Assembly: GCA_003279935.1 (NCBI GenBank)
Contig: QCGL01000009.1
Location: 3,061 to 67,060 of the forward strand
Source of the DNA: Prochlorococcus sp. AG-388-A04
GTDB lineage: Bacteria; Cyanobacteriota; Cyanobacteriia; PCC-6307; Cyanobiaceae
Direction of reading: 5' to 3'
Length of the DNA stretch: 64,000 nucleotides
The notes below the pieces were generated by a model that saw nothing but the letters and a program-made list of their open reading frames with translations, was not told the DNA's origin and did no database searches. The stretch's first letter is position 1. Each line of letters starts with the position of its first letter. The position numbers and the translations under genes are program-made. Below, piece by piece: positions 25,613 to 37,028 of this stretch.

Positions 25613-25803
25613 TTAATTTTAATTTTGAAATCAAATCCTAAATTGCTTTTAGTGGTTAATATTTCCTTTTTAAAAATGCCATAGGTAAAAATCCCAGATA
25701 AAGTTTTTAGAGATTCAAAAACCAAAAAAGAGATTAATAAGAAGAAAATCATAATTGAATCAACAAGATAACTTCTTTTTTTATTTAACAAATTATTCAT
25801 CAA
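25609..25803 (-). CDS. small hypothetical membrane protein
   Basis: 64 aa; coupled to its neighbours. Confidence 0.5.
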   Translation of the reverse strand: MMNNLLNKKRSYLVDSIMIFFLLISFLVFESLKTLSGIFTYGIFKKEILTTKSNLGFDFKIKIK

Positions 25804-25811
25804 AAATTCAC

Positions 25812-26684
25812 TTAACTATAGTTGTTAACATTTTTATATGGTCCAAAATGTTCACTGCAATTTCTACCCATTATTTTAGCAAGATTTAAACTTTCTTCTA
25901 TATTCCAATCTGAGGTAAGTCCATAAAGAATTCCTGCCGCGAAAGAATCTCCGCATCCATATGAATCAATTTTATTTTTTTTATTTTTAATAGCTTTATA
26001 TCTACCTCCTGGGAATACTATCCCGCCATTCTCACCTTCTGTTTTGATAACATATTTTGGGTTTAATATTAATTCATTTAAAGAAAAAACTTCTCCGGGA
26101 TCAAGATTACTTCCAATTAATCCATCTAAAAATATCCCGGATTCGTTAATGATATTTAATCCTACTCTGGGTGTGGCACATAATGTTTTAGCTATCCTCG
26201 ATTTTTTAAATAATTCTTTATCGCCTGCTGTTATAAATACTCCATCCATATCATTAAGTGTAGCCCAATCTAAATCATCATTATGATTAGGAGACAATCT
26301 ATCTCCAATAATAGTGATAGATCTTTCGCCATCAGAATCAATTACACTGAAACCTTTTCTTGTTGGTTTATCTCGCCATGCTACATGTAATTTAATACCC
26401 ATATTTTCAAGAATATTTAAACATTGTTTGCCATAAAAATCATTACCCAAAGCTGTAAAGAAATGGACTTCGCTATTAGTTAATTCCCGTAGTCTTTTAG
26501 CTATGACTGATCCTCCTCCAGCAGGATATTCTAAAGATTTTTTAGAATGAGAGATTAAACCTGGTTTAGGTAATTGATCTACTTCAATAAAATTTATCCA
26601 CTCAATATGTCCAATAACAGCAAACTTTAGGTTTCCTTTTATAAATTGATATTCCTGAAAATTATAATTTTTTTCTTCAATCAT
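25812..26684 (-). CDS. PfkB-family carbohydrate kinase
   Basis: AGGGSVIA and DSYGCGDSFAAG; ATG 26684 (MIEEK) removes the overlap with the divergent gene. Confidence 0.88.
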   Translation of the reverse strand: MIEEKNYNFQEYQFIKGNLKFAVIGHIEWINFIEVDQLPKPGLISHSKKSLEYPAGGGSVIAKRLRELTNSEVHFFTALGNDFYGKQCLNILENMGIKLHVAWRDKPTRKGFSVIDSDGERSITIIGDRLSPNHNDDLDWATLNDMDGVFITAGDKELFKKSRIAKTLCATPRVGLNIINESGIFLDGLIGSNLDPGEVFSLNELILNPKYVIKTEGENGGIVFPGGRYKAIKNKKNKIDSYGCGDSFAAGILYGLTSDWNIEESLNLAKIMGRNCSEHFGPYKNVNNYS

Positions 26685-26725
26685 AAGTTTATTAATACTA
26701 TTATTAGGGTATATATCATTTGCAT

Positions 26726-27094
26726 ATGAATTCACTAAACATACTAAAAGATAATAAACAAAAACTATCGTATCTTTACCTTTTTCTATCATTCCTTGGA
26801 GCAGTACTTCCAATGATGGCAAATTTTGATTTTGCTATTGAATATGGAAATAGTTTTGACATTAAAAATTTTATTTCATTAGCAAATGCTAATCCAGCAG
26901 CTCAATCCATTTCAAGAGATTTATTGGTGGGTGCTACTGCAGTTTTTATTTGGATAGTAAATGAATCTAAAAAATTGAATATAAAAAATATGTGGGTTGT
27001 TTATATTGGAACCTTTTTAATAGCATTTGCTTTCTCTGCTCCTTTTTTCTTATTTCTTAGAGAAAGAAGAATAATTGAAATAGAAAAAAAATAA
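26726..27094 (+). CDS. DUF2834-like membrane protein
   Basis: ANPAAQSISRDLL and AFAFSAPFFLFLRER; ATG 26726. Confidence 0.75.
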   Translation: MNSLNILKDNKQKLSYLYLFLSFLGAVLPMMANFDFAIEYGNSFDIKNFISLANANPAAQSISRDLLVGATAVFIWIVNESKKLNIKNMWVVYIGTFLIAFAFSAPFFLFLRERRIIEIEKK

Positions 27095-27114
27095 ATATTA
27101 TTTATATAAAACTT

Positions 27115-28344
27115 TTAAAATGATTTCTTAAATATCATCGAAAACATTAAAAAACAAAAAGATGAAATAGCTACCCACATAATCGATGCATACCCAAAAA
27201 GATCTAGTACCCTCCCAGAAATAAATGGTCCAAAGAAATATCCCATTGCAAAACATTGTGATAACAGTGCTAGTGCATAACCTTTTTTATTTGTAGGGGC
27301 AATACTGAAAACAACATCTGTAGATGTTGGTAGGAAGGAAGATGTGCCTAAACTTATTAAGACGATTGCAAAAAACACGAAATAAAAAGCTGCAATATTT
27401 AAATAACTAGAAATAAATAACAAAAGTGAGGCGAAAGAAAAGTTGATTAAGCTAAATTTCAATCCAAATAATTTTCCTTTTTTTGATATCCATGAACCAA
27501 TTGGCCATTGTAAAATTAATAATAAAATTAACTGAAAAGAAATTATAATACTAATAACTTGTTCATTTAAGACATCTCTAGTAACGCCACCCTTAACAAG
27601 ATCAAGTGGTAATGTCACCTGAATTAAAGCAAGAGATGTAGTTATCAATATCACAGATAAAACTATTATGGTTGTATTTTTATTCCATCTCTTTTGATAA
27701 ATTCTAACTTCATCTAAAGCCTTTTTTTGAGAGTTCTCTAAAGTTTTTTTTATAGACTTTTTATTTCTTAAAATCAAAAAAATAATAGAAAGCATACAAA
27801 ATATATCATTAAAAAAAATCGATTTGAGATAAATAAAATTATTCATAAATCCACCAATAAATACTCCTAAAAATATCCCTAAAGCCTCAGAAGTTCTTAC
27901 GAGGGCATAAGCTTTTCTTGTATCAATAGGTTGACAAAAATATGGGACTACAAATTCTGCAGTAGGCCAATATATCCCAGCGGCTGCTCCAATAAAAGCT
28001 TGACCAAGGATGTAAAAGTAAATATCTTTTGAAATAATTAAACAAAACCCTGCAGTAATATTTATGAATGAAGATATAACTAAAGGATTTTGAATTTTGC
28101 CTGTTTTATTTAGGTAATTTCCAGTAACGATTCTTGTTAAAGTACCTATGATTGCTGATATCGTGAAACCTAGACCAATTTCTGTTGCTGACAATCCAAT
28201 ATTATTGAAAATAAGGGATGTTAAATAAATTACTCCTCCTGCTCCAAATGAAGCAAAGAATCTTATTTTAGTAATTAACCTTAAATGAAAGGGAAATTGA
28301 CTCCACCAAAGTTTACCTGTAAGTAATTTATTCGGAATAACCAC
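27115..28344 (-). CDS. MFS transporter
   Basis: About 12 hydrophobic segments; IGAAAGIYWP and GPFISG motifs. Confidence 0.88.
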   Translation of the reverse strand: MVIPNKLLTGKLWWSQFPFHLRLITKIRFFASFGAGGVIYLTSLIFNNIGLSATEIGLGFTISAIIGTLTRIVTGNYLNKTGKIQNPLVISSFINITAGFCLIISKDIYFYILGQAFIGAAAGIYWPTAEFVVPYFCQPIDTRKAYALVRTSEALGIFLGVFIGGFMNNFIYLKSIFFNDIFCMLSIIFLILRNKKSIKKTLENSQKKALDEVRIYQKRWNKNTTIIVLSVILITTSLALIQVTLPLDLVKGGVTRDVLNEQVISIIISFQLILLLILQWPIGSWISKKGKLFGLKFSLINFSFASLLLFISSYLNIAAFYFVFFAIVLISLGTSSFLPTSTDVVFSIAPTNKKGYALALLSQCFAMGYFFGPFISGRVLDLFGYASIMWVAISSFCFLMFSMIFKKSF

Positions 28345-28346
28345 AA

Positions 28347-29909
28347 TTGAAATTCATTTTTATACTTTTTTTAAGTTTCTTTAGTTTTTGTTCAGCAAAA
28401 GATGTAATGGCGGCTGAAAAGATAAATATCAAGTTCGAAGAGATGTCAATCCCTTTAACTATAGATCAATTATTAAACTTAGAGAATGATAAGTATGATT
28501 CTACAGAAGTAATAGACTGGTTTAAGCAGAATGGTTTTTTAAAAGTATTTGAGATATCAAGATTTTTAAAATACCCAGTTTTTAAAGAAGAAAGTTTAAA
28601 CAGGAAAGTATTAAGAAGTTGGGTAGGTAACAAGATTCTTTCAGAGTTAAGTAATACTATTTTGGTTCCCGATGACAAAGATGGTATTAAGGTTTTTAAT
28701 ACCATAGAAAGTTTGTTGGAAGTCAAAAATGAAGTTTCGACTTTGGACATTCTAAAGGGTTTACCTTCTGAAGAAATTTCATTAGATATTGATAATTTAA
28801 TTTTAGTAATTTCTTCATGGAAAAAGGAATTAGCAAAACAACAAAGTCTAAACCTTAAATTAAAATCATTAGAAAAAACCAATAACTCTTTTTCCAATAA
28901 AAAAATATATAAAGGGGATTCAGATCTTATAAAAATTAATAAGAAAATTTACTCGTCTCATAGAGGTGAGCCTTTAAAAATTGAATTATGGAAAAATAAG
29001 AAAACCAAATCAAATAAAGATCTAATTATATTTATGCCAGGACTTGGAGGAAATATTGATAATTTCAGATGGATTGGCATTGAATTAGGTAAGAGAGGTT
29101 GGCCCGTATTATTTATAGACCATGAAGGCAGTAATTCAGATGCTTTTTTGGAAGTTATCGAAGGTACTAATTCAATTCCAACTAGTGCTGACTTTTTCTT
29201 ATACCGTATCAAAGATTTAGATGCCGTAATAAAAGCGCATAATAATGGGAAATTAGGATTAGCCAATGATTCATATATTTTAATGGGACATTCATTAGGA
29301 GCTTTAATAGCTTTTTTGTATGAAGGTGATTTACCCAAAGATGACTTTGAAAATAGATGTGATTTAGCTTTAAAAGATTTTGCAATAACAAATTTATCAA
29401 AATTACTTCAATGTCAATTAAACGAAATTCCATTACCCGAAATAATCAATTCAAAGAAAGCAAATGGAATTATAGGATTTAATTCATTTGGAAGTTTAAT
29501 CTGGCCAAATGAAAAAAATTCTGGGATTGAGATTCCAGTACTGTTAATTGGAGGGACTTATGATCTTATAACTCCCTTAATAAGTGAGCAATTCAAAGTG
29601 TTTTTATCTACGACTAATAATCCTTTAAATAGATTCTTGATTATTGAGGGATCAAGTCATTTTTCACCAATAAGAATCAATGATAAGTATTCAGAAAATA
29701 TCGAAAATAATGATATTTTTAAAATCAATAAATCTTTTATTGGATCTAATCCTTACTCTTTTCAAAATTTATCTTTAAAAGTTATCGTAGAGTTTTTAGA
29801 TAATATAAAAAATAATGAAAGCATTAAAATTATAAAAAATCAAACTGAAAGCAATCTTGATTTTCATCTTTTAGATAGAAAGACTTTAAAAGCAATAATC
29901 AAAAATTAG
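28347..29909 (+). CDS. alpha/beta hydrolase with DUF1400-like N-terminus
   Basis: MPGLGG, nucleophile GHSLG, GSSHFSP; TTG start giving a signal-like N-terminus. Confidence 0.85.
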   Translation: MKFIFILFLSFFSFCSAKDVMAAEKINIKFEEMSIPLTIDQLLNLENDKYDSTEVIDWFKQNGFLKVFEISRFLKYPVFKEESLNRKVLRSWVGNKILSELSNTILVPDDKDGIKVFNTIESLLEVKNEVSTLDILKGLPSEEISLDIDNLILVISSWKKELAKQQSLNLKLKSLEKTNNSFSNKKIYKGDSDLIKINKKIYSSHRGEPLKIELWKNKKTKSNKDLIIFMPGLGGNIDNFRWIGIELGKRGWPVLFIDHEGSNSDAFLEVIEGTNSIPTSADFFLYRIKDLDAVIKAHNNGKLGLANDSYILMGHSLGALIAFLYEGDLPKDDFENRCDLALKDFAITNLSKLLQCQLNEIPLPEIINSKKANGIIGFNSFGSLIWPNEKNSGIEIPVLLIGGTYDLITPLISEQFKVFLSTTNNPLNRFLIIEGSSHFSPIRINDKYSENIENNDIFKINKSFIGSNPYSFQNLSLKVIVEFLDNIKNNESIKIIKNQTESNLDFHLLDRKTLKAIIKN

Positions 29910-30928
29910 TATTCAATTCGAGGATCTAATATAGCAATTAAAATATCCACAAAAAGATTTAATGAGACTATTAGTAAAGAGGTGACAATTACAATTCCTT
30001 GAACAACAGTATAATCCCTTTGTGAAATAGCTTCATGCAACCTTAAAGCTATCCCTGGCCATGAAAAAGTAACTTCAAAAAGAAGCGCTCCTCCTGCTAA
30101 AGAAGCTATTGTTAAGCCTGAAATAGTAACAATAGGCAAAAGTGCATTAGGTAAAGAGTGATTTAAGATAATTTTCCTTCTTGAAATTCCTCTGCATAAA
30201 GCTGCATTTACATAATCACTTTTTAGTGTCTTGTCTAAATTTATTCTTAAAGATCTACTAAAAATTCCGCTCAAAAGAAACCCAAGAGTTATTGAAGGAA
30301 GCGCAAGATGATATAAGCTTTCTCTTAAAAAGATAAGATTATTATTTAGAAGACTATCTAAAACTAGAAAGCCTGTATTTTTAGGTTGGCTATAAGTGAT
30401 TGGGAACCTCCCACCAATTGGAAAGATTCTAAAATATACCGAAAAAATTAATTGAGCTAAAATTGCCCCCCAGAAAGGTGGAATTGCATATGAAGAGATT
30501 CCTATTACTCTAGCAATGTAGTCTCCTTTTTTTCCTTTATTTTTTAAACCAAAAAAACCAAGCGGAAAGCCTATAAAGATTGCAAAGAATATTGAAAAGA
30601 TACCTAGTTCTACACTCGCTGGTAATGATTTAAGAATAATATCAAGAACCGGTTCTTGAGTACTTAAAGATTCTCCAAAATTTAAGTGCAAAATATTATT
30701 AATGTAAGAAAGATATTGATTAAGAAGAGATTCATTTAAACCTAATTTATTTCTAAGAATTTCTCTTGTAGCTTCATTAGCTCCAGATCCTAAAATTGCG
30801 TCAACTGGGTCTCCTGGCGCAACTCTCAACAAAATAAAAACTAATGTAGATATAATCCACAACATTAAAGGTATTAAAGAAATCTTTAATAAAGAATAAT
30901 TTAAAAGTTTATTAAGATCTCTACTCAT
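29906..30928 (-). CDS. dppB: peptide/nickel ABC transporter permease (DppB-like)
   Basis: APGDPVDA, LINQY-type segment, RDYTVVQG; ATG 30928 preferred (track start 30946). Confidence 0.85.
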   Translation of the reverse strand: MSRDLNKLLNYSLLKISLIPLMLWIISTLVFILLRVAPGDPVDAILGSGANEATREILRNKLGLNESLLNQYLSYINNILHLNFGESLSTQEPVLDIILKSLPASVELGIFSIFFAIFIGFPLGFFGLKNKGKKGDYIARVIGISSYAIPPFWGAILAQLIFSVYFRIFPIGGRFPITYSQPKNTGFLVLDSLLNNNLIFLRESLYHLALPSITLGFLLSGIFSRSLRINLDKTLKSDYVNAALCRGISRRKIILNHSLPNALLPIVTISGLTIASLAGGALLFEVTFSWPGIALRLHEAISQRDYTVVQGIVIVTSLLIVSLNLFVDILIAILDPRIEY

Positions 30929-32492
30929 TAATGAATTTGAGATCACTCATTAAAATAATTCCTGCACCATTAAAAATAGGTTTTGAAATTTCATTTTGCG
31001 ACCAAGCTTTTTGAGATGAAATCCATATTGGAATATAAGGTATTGATTCTGAAGCTATTTTCTCTATTTCAATTAATTTCGCTAATCTTTCTTTACCGTT
31101 TAAATTTTCGCTATCAAGAAATAAATCTTCTACAGTATTCGATCCCCAAAAACTTCCACTGTAAACAGATTCTCCTTTTTTACAGTTTTTACCATCTATT
31201 TCACTGCAACTTAGAAGGGGTGTTAAATATGCCTCGGGGTCAGAATAAGCGCCTGTCCAATCAAGAATAACTGCTGTATATATCCCTAAATTTAGGTTCT
31301 TATAAATAGTTGTGGACTCTACTCCATTAAGTTGAATATTAATACATTCATTCAAAATGTTTTTTATTTGTTCTTGCCAAGAAAGAGCAATAAGTTTATC
31401 AGCAGGTACGTTAGATCTATAAGTAAGAGGTAGATCTAAAATATTACCATTACAGTAACCTTCTTTTTGTAGTAACACTTTTGATTCTAAGGGATCATAT
31501 TTTGGCCATAGTTCTTTCTTATTTTTTTTATAAATTGGTGGAACAAGTGATCTTGATGGTTGCCTTAATCCATAACTAACCTTTTCGCTAATAAAGTCCC
31601 TATTAAGACTTTTAGCTATAGCCAACCTTACATTAAGATTATTTAAGGGATAAGAATTTGTTCTTAAACTAATAAAACTTATTTCTGTAGCAGGACTATT
31701 TCCTTCTTTAATTTCTTTGTTATTGCTTAATAAATTTAAATTATTTCTTTGAATATCATCGATTGAATTTGATAAAAGAACATCAATTTGTTTACTTTTT
31801 AGAGCTCCGAAAAGAGAAGAAGAGTTGGAATATCCAATAAAACTAATACCTTGATTATTAGGTTTATCACTCCAATAATTTAAATTTGGATCAATTATTT
31901 GAATTTCATTCGAAAATCTCTTCAATATATATTTACCTGTACCAACAAATTTATCATTTAAAAATTTATCAGAATAATCTTTATAAAAAGTAGGTGAAAT
32001 AGGTGTCAAATTTATAGATGTAAGTAAACCATTAACAGAGCTTGATGGTTTGTTTAGATTAATGATTACCTTATATTCACTTGGAGTTTCTATAGATTTA
32101 ATTTTATTCCCCAAGATATAATTCATTGTTCCGATTCTTTTAAATCTATCAAAAGAAAACTTTATAGCATTTGAATTAAATAAAGTTCCATCATGAAAAA
32201 GAACATTTTCTTTTAAATTAATTATTATTTGTAATTTATCTTTTGAAAAAATTGGCATTCCTGATGCTAATTCAGGAATCAATTCTCCTTCAGAATTTAA
32301 TTCATATAAAGTATCTCCAAGCGAACTTAATAGTTGTATTGATTTAAGAGTACTTGCCCTAGCCGGATCTAAGGATTCAATTTTACCTGAACTTGCAACT
32401 ATTATTCTTTTGGATTTATTATTAGAAACACAAGAATATTGCGATAAAGAAATTAAAAAAACGAATAAAGCTATTAAAAAATTATTTTGCAT
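30921..32492 (-). CDS. dppA: peptide/nickel ABC substrate-binding protein (family 5)
   Basis: Lipobox-like QYSC, SLDPA, LFHDGT, GTGKY. Confidence 0.85.
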   Translation of the reverse strand: MQNNFLIALFVFLISLSQYSCVSNNKSKRIIVASSGKIESLDPARASTLKSIQLLSSLGDTLYELNSEGELIPELASGMPIFSKDKLQIIINLKENVLFHDGTLFNSNAIKFSFDRFKRIGTMNYILGNKIKSIETPSEYKVIINLNKPSSSVNGLLTSINLTPISPTFYKDYSDKFLNDKFVGTGKYILKRFSNEIQIIDPNLNYWSDKPNNQGISFIGYSNSSSLFGALKSKQIDVLLSNSIDDIQRNNLNLLSNNKEIKEGNSPATEISFISLRTNSYPLNNLNVRLAIAKSLNRDFISEKVSYGLRQPSRSLVPPIYKKNKKELWPKYDPLESKVLLQKEGYCNGNILDLPLTYRSNVPADKLIALSWQEQIKNILNECINIQLNGVESTTIYKNLNLGIYTAVILDWTGAYSDPEAYLTPLLSCSEIDGKNCKKGESVYSGSFWGSNTVEDLFLDSENLNGKERLAKLIEIEKIASESIPYIPIWISSQKAWSQNEISKPIFNGAGIILMSDLKFINE

Positions 32493-32513
32493 AACATTTG
32501 ATTTTTCAGAAAT

Positions 32514-32774
32514 TTAATTTTTATTAGAAGTTTCAGAGCAATAGGTTTGTAGTGTAATTTGATTAATTTCCAAGGAGAATGTCTTATTAACTTCCAAAGC
32601 AAAGGGCCACTCTCTTATCCAACAAACTTTACTCTCTGGATTAATTCCTACAACCTGAAATGTCTTTTGACTATTTTTAATTTTCACGCAAGCTCCTTTA
32701 TAGAGGTTATTACAACTGTTATTAGGATTAAATATAAAGTTATTTTTATTTTCTTCTAATTTTGAAAAACTCAT
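32514..32774 (-). CDS. hypothetical protein
   Basis: 86 aa; FQVVGIN..CWIREWP. Confidence 0.6.
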   Translation of the reverse strand: MSFSKLEENKNNFIFNPNNSCNNLYKGACVKIKNSQKTFQVVGINPESKVCWIREWPFALEVNKTFSLEINQITLQTYCSETSNKN

Positions 32775-32837
32775 TACATAAATTCATTTCCTCTCTTTGG
32801 TTTAACAAGCTAAAGAGAGATATGCAAATGTTTTTCT

Positions 32838-34139
32838 TCAAATACAACTTAATTGGCTAGCAATTAATTCAACTTCAGAAAGAGCATTTATTTCCTTCTT
32901 TGATTTTTCAAATTTACCATTTGAGACTTCGTGAGTGATAACAACTATTTCTGCTTTATTTTCACTTGCGTCTAATTGGACAATTGATTCTATTGATACT
33001 TCATTCTTACCAAAAAGATCTCCAATCTTTCCAATTACTCCTGGACTATCTAAACAAATAATTCTGAGATAATTCTTTTTTGATATTTGATTAAAATCAA
33101 TGATATGAGAGTCTCTCCAAAAATTAAAAGATAATAATGGATCAATGGATTTCGTATCTTTTGTTAATGCAGACTGAAGATTTAAAATATCAGAAACAAC
33201 AGAAGCAGCCGTTGGTCCACCTCCCGCACCTGGTCCATACAACATTATTTCCCCTAGTGGATCAGCATCTATAAGGATGGCATTATTCACACCATCAACC
33301 GTTGCCAGAGGATGAGCTTTGGGGATTAAAGAAGGACCTACCCAAATATTTAGAGAGAGAGAATCATTAATGTTGATAGCATTTCTCTCCGAAAAGGCTA
33401 AAAGTTTTATTTCAAAACCTAGTTTATTCGCATATTCAATATCTTTAATATCTATTTGATTTATACCCTCTGTACTAATTGAATCTCTATTAATTTCACC
33501 TCCAAATGCGAGTTCAGAAAGAATTGAAATCTTATCAGCCGCATCGTGTCCTTCAACATCAGCAGTTGGATCAAATTCCGCGAAACCAAGTTTCTGAGCT
33601 AATTGTAATGTTGCCTTATAATCAGCTTTTTCATTTGACATTTTTGTAAGTATAAAATTTGTTGTACCGTTTATAATCCCAACCATTTTATTTATTTGAT
33701 TACTTTTAAGAGATCTTTTTAAAGGTTCAATTATTGGAATCCCTCCACATACTGCTGCTTCTGTTAAAACATAGGTTCCATTCTTAGCCGCCGTGGAATA
33801 TATTTCACTCCCATATCTTGCAATTACCGCTTTATTAGCTGTGACTACTGATTTTCGAGCCTTTAGAGATTTAAGAATAATATCCTTGGCTATATCTGTC
33901 CCTCCCATTACTTCTACAATCACATCAACATTTGGATCTTTAATTAATTCATAAGGATCATTGATTAATAGATTATTCTCTAATTCAATGTCCCTTTTTT
34001 TGTTGATATTTTTAACAGCTATTCCTATGATTTCTATATCTTTTAAAATTGGATGTAGGTCATTTTTCGATTTTAGGATTTTATAAATACCTTTTCCTAC
34101 AGTTCCAAAACCAATAATTCCAATTTTACATTTTTGCAT
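32838..34139 (-). CDS. thrA: homoserine dehydrogenase with ACT domain
   Basis: GFGTVG, VVTANK, EAAVCGGIP, DVEGHDAADK, GPGAG, C-terminal DSPGVIG. Confidence 0.95.
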   Translation of the reverse strand: MQKCKIGIIGFGTVGKGIYKILKSKNDLHPILKDIEIIGIAVKNINKKRDIELENNLLINDPYELIKDPNVDVIVEVMGGTDIAKDIILKSLKARKSVVTANKAVIARYGSEIYSTAAKNGTYVLTEAAVCGGIPIIEPLKRSLKSNQINKMVGIINGTTNFILTKMSNEKADYKATLQLAQKLGFAEFDPTADVEGHDAADKISILSELAFGGEINRDSISTEGINQIDIKDIEYANKLGFEIKLLAFSERNAININDSLSLNIWVGPSLIPKAHPLATVDGVNNAILIDADPLGEIMLYGPGAGGGPTAASVVSDILNLQSALTKDTKSIDPLLSFNFWRDSHIIDFNQISKKNYLRIICLDSPGVIGKIGDLFGKNEVSIESIVQLDASENKAEIVVITHEVSNGKFEKSKKEINALSEVELIASQLSCI

Positions 34140-34174
34140 TAGTTATCTTTTATTATAATTTCAATTTTATAATA

Positions 34175-34600
34175 TTATTTCGACAAAAAATAGTTTGCTT
34201 GAGACTGCATTTTTAAGAGAATATTTAAAAAACCATTTGATCTTGATGGGGTTAGACTTGCCTTAAGACCAGTATCTTCTATAAATTTATTGTTTATATT
34301 AACGACTTCTTGTGGCGTTAATTCATTCATTCCATTAATAAGAAATGCAAGCAACCCCTTTGTTATCAAAGCATCAGAATAGCCTTCCCAATAAAGTTTA
34401 CCCTCTTGAAAACTTGCTTTAACAAAGACTTCAGAAACACAACCTTGGACTTTATTTTCAGGAATTAAGATATTATTATCTGGAACTTTCAATTTTTTAC
34501 CTAACCATAAAATAAATTCATATTTTCTCTTAGGGTCTTCTGCATTTTTCAGCTTCTCAACTAATTTAAATAATTTAGTATAAGTTTCTTTTTTTTCCAT
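34175..34600 (-). CDS. sufE: SufE family Fe-S sulfur acceptor
   Basis: KVQGCVSEV, SDALITKGL, LTPSRSNGF. Confidence 0.92.
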   Translation of the reverse strand: MEKKETYTKLFKLVEKLKNAEDPKRKYEFILWLGKKLKVPDNNILIPENKVQGCVSEVFVKASFQEGKLYWEGYSDALITKGLLAFLINGMNELTPQEVVNINNKFIEDTGLKASLTPSRSNGFLNILLKMQSQANYFLSK

Positions 34601-34632
34601 TCTTATACAACCATTAAAAAACTAAATACACA

Positions 34633-35190
34633 CTATACTAATATTTCTTTTTCCGTAATAAAACCTGATAGAGGGATATCCCAATCAGCTCTAGTCAATA
34701 ATTTATGGCTTACACAATTAGAAGTTAAGATACCAATGCAAGGAATAGCTCTCCAATTCTTATCTTCCCTTAATTTATCAAAATATCCCCCACCGTAACC
34801 TAATCTTATTAAGTTTTTATCAACGGATAGACACGGGATAAACATCATACTAATTTCTTCAAAACTTAATTTATTTGAAGAATCAGGAGCTAATATTCCA
34901 TGTGAATCTTCAGATAATTGTTTCTTATCCCAGAGACAAAATGATAGTTTTTTATATTTTTCACATCTTGGCAAAGCTAATAAATAGTCATTTCCAAGAC
35001 TTCTTAAATCAACTTCGTTTTCAAGAGGCCAATAAATTCCAATATATTTTTTTTTTAAATCTTCACTAAAAATTGAATCAACATATTTTTTTACATTAAT
35101 TTCAACATTTCTCATTTCAACAGCTGTACTTTTATTTCTCAAATTTTTAAAGAATTTCCTCTCAAAGTTCTTTTTTTCTGAGATGATCAT
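34633..35190 (-). CDS. 5-formyltetrahydrofolate cyclo-ligase
   Basis: YWPLENEVD, RLGYGGGYFD, WDIPL. Confidence 0.9.
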   Translation of the reverse strand: MIISEKKNFERKFFKNLRNKSTAVEMRNVEINVKKYVDSIFSEDLKKKYIGIYWPLENEVDLRSLGNDYLLALPRCEKYKKLSFCLWDKKQLSEDSHGILAPDSSNKLSFEEISMMFIPCLSVDKNLIRLGYGGGYFDKLREDKNWRAIPCIGILTSNCVSHKLLTRADWDIPLSGFITEKEILV

Positions 35191-35199
35191 AATTTATAT

Positions 35200-35673
35200 T
35201 TAATTAAATCCTTCTTCATTTAATTTTGTTAGTGCTATGGCTAGTGCATCTGCAGAGTCATCTGGTTTAGGCGCATTAGTCAAATTTAGGTTATACATTA
35301 CCGCTTCAATAACATCCTTCTTTGATGCTTTGCCAGAGCCTGCAATAGTAAGCTTGACTTGAGATGGTGCGTACTCACTAACTTTGATGCTCTTGGCCGC
35401 AAAAACCATCATGATTACGCCCCGAGCCTGAACGACACTAATCGTAGTGCTAGATCTATAAAAGAAAAACTTCTCTACCGCAGCAATATCAGGTTTCCAC
35501 TTATCAATTAATGTATTGAGATCAATAAAAATTTCATAAAGTCTATCTCCTTCTTCTTTATTTTTATTGGTTTCAATTACACCACAATCAAGAAATATCT
35601 TCCTGTCTTTTTTAATCTCAATAATTCCATATCCTACTCTTCCTAATCCAGGATCAATGCCAATAATCCTCAC
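35200..35673 (-). CDS. ruvC: Holliday junction resolvase RuvC
   Basis: [22 protein letters not shown]; GTG 35673 avoids the overlap with chlI. Confidence 0.93.
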   Translation of the reverse strand: MRIIGIDPGLGRVGYGIIEIKKDRKIFLDCGVIETNKNKEEGDRLYEIFIDLNTLIDKWKPDIAAVEKFFFYRSSTTISVVQARGVIMMVFAAKSIKVSEYAPSQVKLTIAGSGKASKKDVIEAVMYNLNLTNAPKPDDSADALAIALTKLNEEGFN

Positions 35674-35677
35674 TTTA

Positions 35678-36766
35678 TTATTCTTGTGTTGATAATTGAA
35701 ATTTGGAAAGGTCATCTTTTTCATTTAAATCGAAGACCTTACAGAAGGCTTGAATAACTCGTTCTCCTGAATCGACTTGTTCTAAGGGATCTTTTCTTAA
35801 TCGATGTCTTAAAGAACACGTAATTACTCTAGCGATATCTTCTTCTTGCACTTCAGTTCTTCCCTCAAATGCAGCAATTGCCCTAGCAGATCGATTAGTT
35901 ACAATATCCCCTCTTAGGCCATCAACATCAAGTTCTCCACATATAGCAGATATATTTAATCTAAGATCATCGTCCAATTGAACTGAATTTAATATCTCTT
36001 GAGCTTTAATAACTTTTTGCTGAAGGTCATCTTGCTGTTTCTCAACACTTATTGAAAATTCATCAGGATTATCATCAAATGAAGTTCGCTGATCAACAAC
36101 TTTAACCCTTAATTCTGCATCTCTTACTGTCTTAACCTCAACACTCATACCAAACCTATCTAATAACTGAGGTCTAAGTTCTCCTTCTTCTGGATTGCCA
36201 GAGCCAATTAAAACAAACCTTGCAGGATGTCTAACTGAAACTCCCTCTCTCTCAACTGTATTCCATCCAGATGCGGCGGAATCTAAAAGAACATCAACTA
36301 AATGATCATCTAGTAGATTAACTTCGTCGACGTATAACAAGCCTCTATTAGCTTTTGCTAATAAGCCTGGTTCAAAGGCCTTAATTCCTTCGCTTAAAGC
36401 CTTTTCTATATCAATAGTTCCGCACAGTCTGTCTTCTGTTGCCCCCAATGGCAAATCAACCATTGGGACTTGTTTTTTATCTTTCTCCAAACTTTCACCT
36501 TGTACAATTTTCTCCAAAACTTCTTTACTCTGTAAATCAGGATCTATAAGTGAACTATTATACGGATCATCTTTAACAACATCTATAGCTGGTAACAAGT
36601 CTGCTAGAGCTCTTATAGTAGTAGATTTACCAGTTCCTCTGTCACCCATAATCATTACTCCTCCAATTCTTGGATCTATAACATTTAATAAAAGAGCTAA
36701 TTTCATTTCTTCTTGACCAATTACAGCAGTAAAAGGAAAAACTCTTCTTTTCTTTGTTGTATTCAC
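35678..36766 (-). CDS. chlI: magnesium chelatase subunit ChlI
   Basis: [40 protein letters not shown]. Confidence 0.97.
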   Translation of the reverse strand: MNTTKKRRVFPFTAVIGQEEMKLALLLNVIDPRIGGVMIMGDRGTGKSTTIRALADLLPAIDVVKDDPYNSSLIDPDLQSKEVLEKIVQGESLEKDKKQVPMVDLPLGATEDRLCGTIDIEKALSEGIKAFEPGLLAKANRGLLYVDEVNLLDDHLVDVLLDSAASGWNTVEREGVSVRHPARFVLIGSGNPEEGELRPQLLDRFGMSVEVKTVRDAELRVKVVDQRTSFDDNPDEFSISVEKQQDDLQQKVIKAQEILNSVQLDDDLRLNISAICGELDVDGLRGDIVTNRSARAIAAFEGRTEVQEEDIARVITCSLRHRLRKDPLEQVDSGERVIQAFCKVFDLNEKDDLSKFQLSTQE

Positions 36767-37028
36767 AGCTTTAGTTTTACTTTATTTTCGAATGATCAAT
36801 AGATGATACTTCAGAAAATGTTATTAGTAAATATCCAAATTAAATTGAACATTTTGACTATATCTGAGCTTACTTTATATACAAATTCATTTCTTAATCC
36901 AATTTTATTGTTTAGAGTTTATTTTTTAAGTAAAATCTTATCTTTTGAATATATTCAAAAAGTCAACCTTAAAAAGTTTTAACTAAGGGGTATAAATTTT
37001 TACTCGATTTTAATTTAACTTTATAAAT

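Noticed and set aside
25812-26822. Track start giving a 336-aa PfkB that overlaps the divergent gene
   Set aside because: The extra 46 residues are the antisense of the neighbour; ATG 26684 is more plausible
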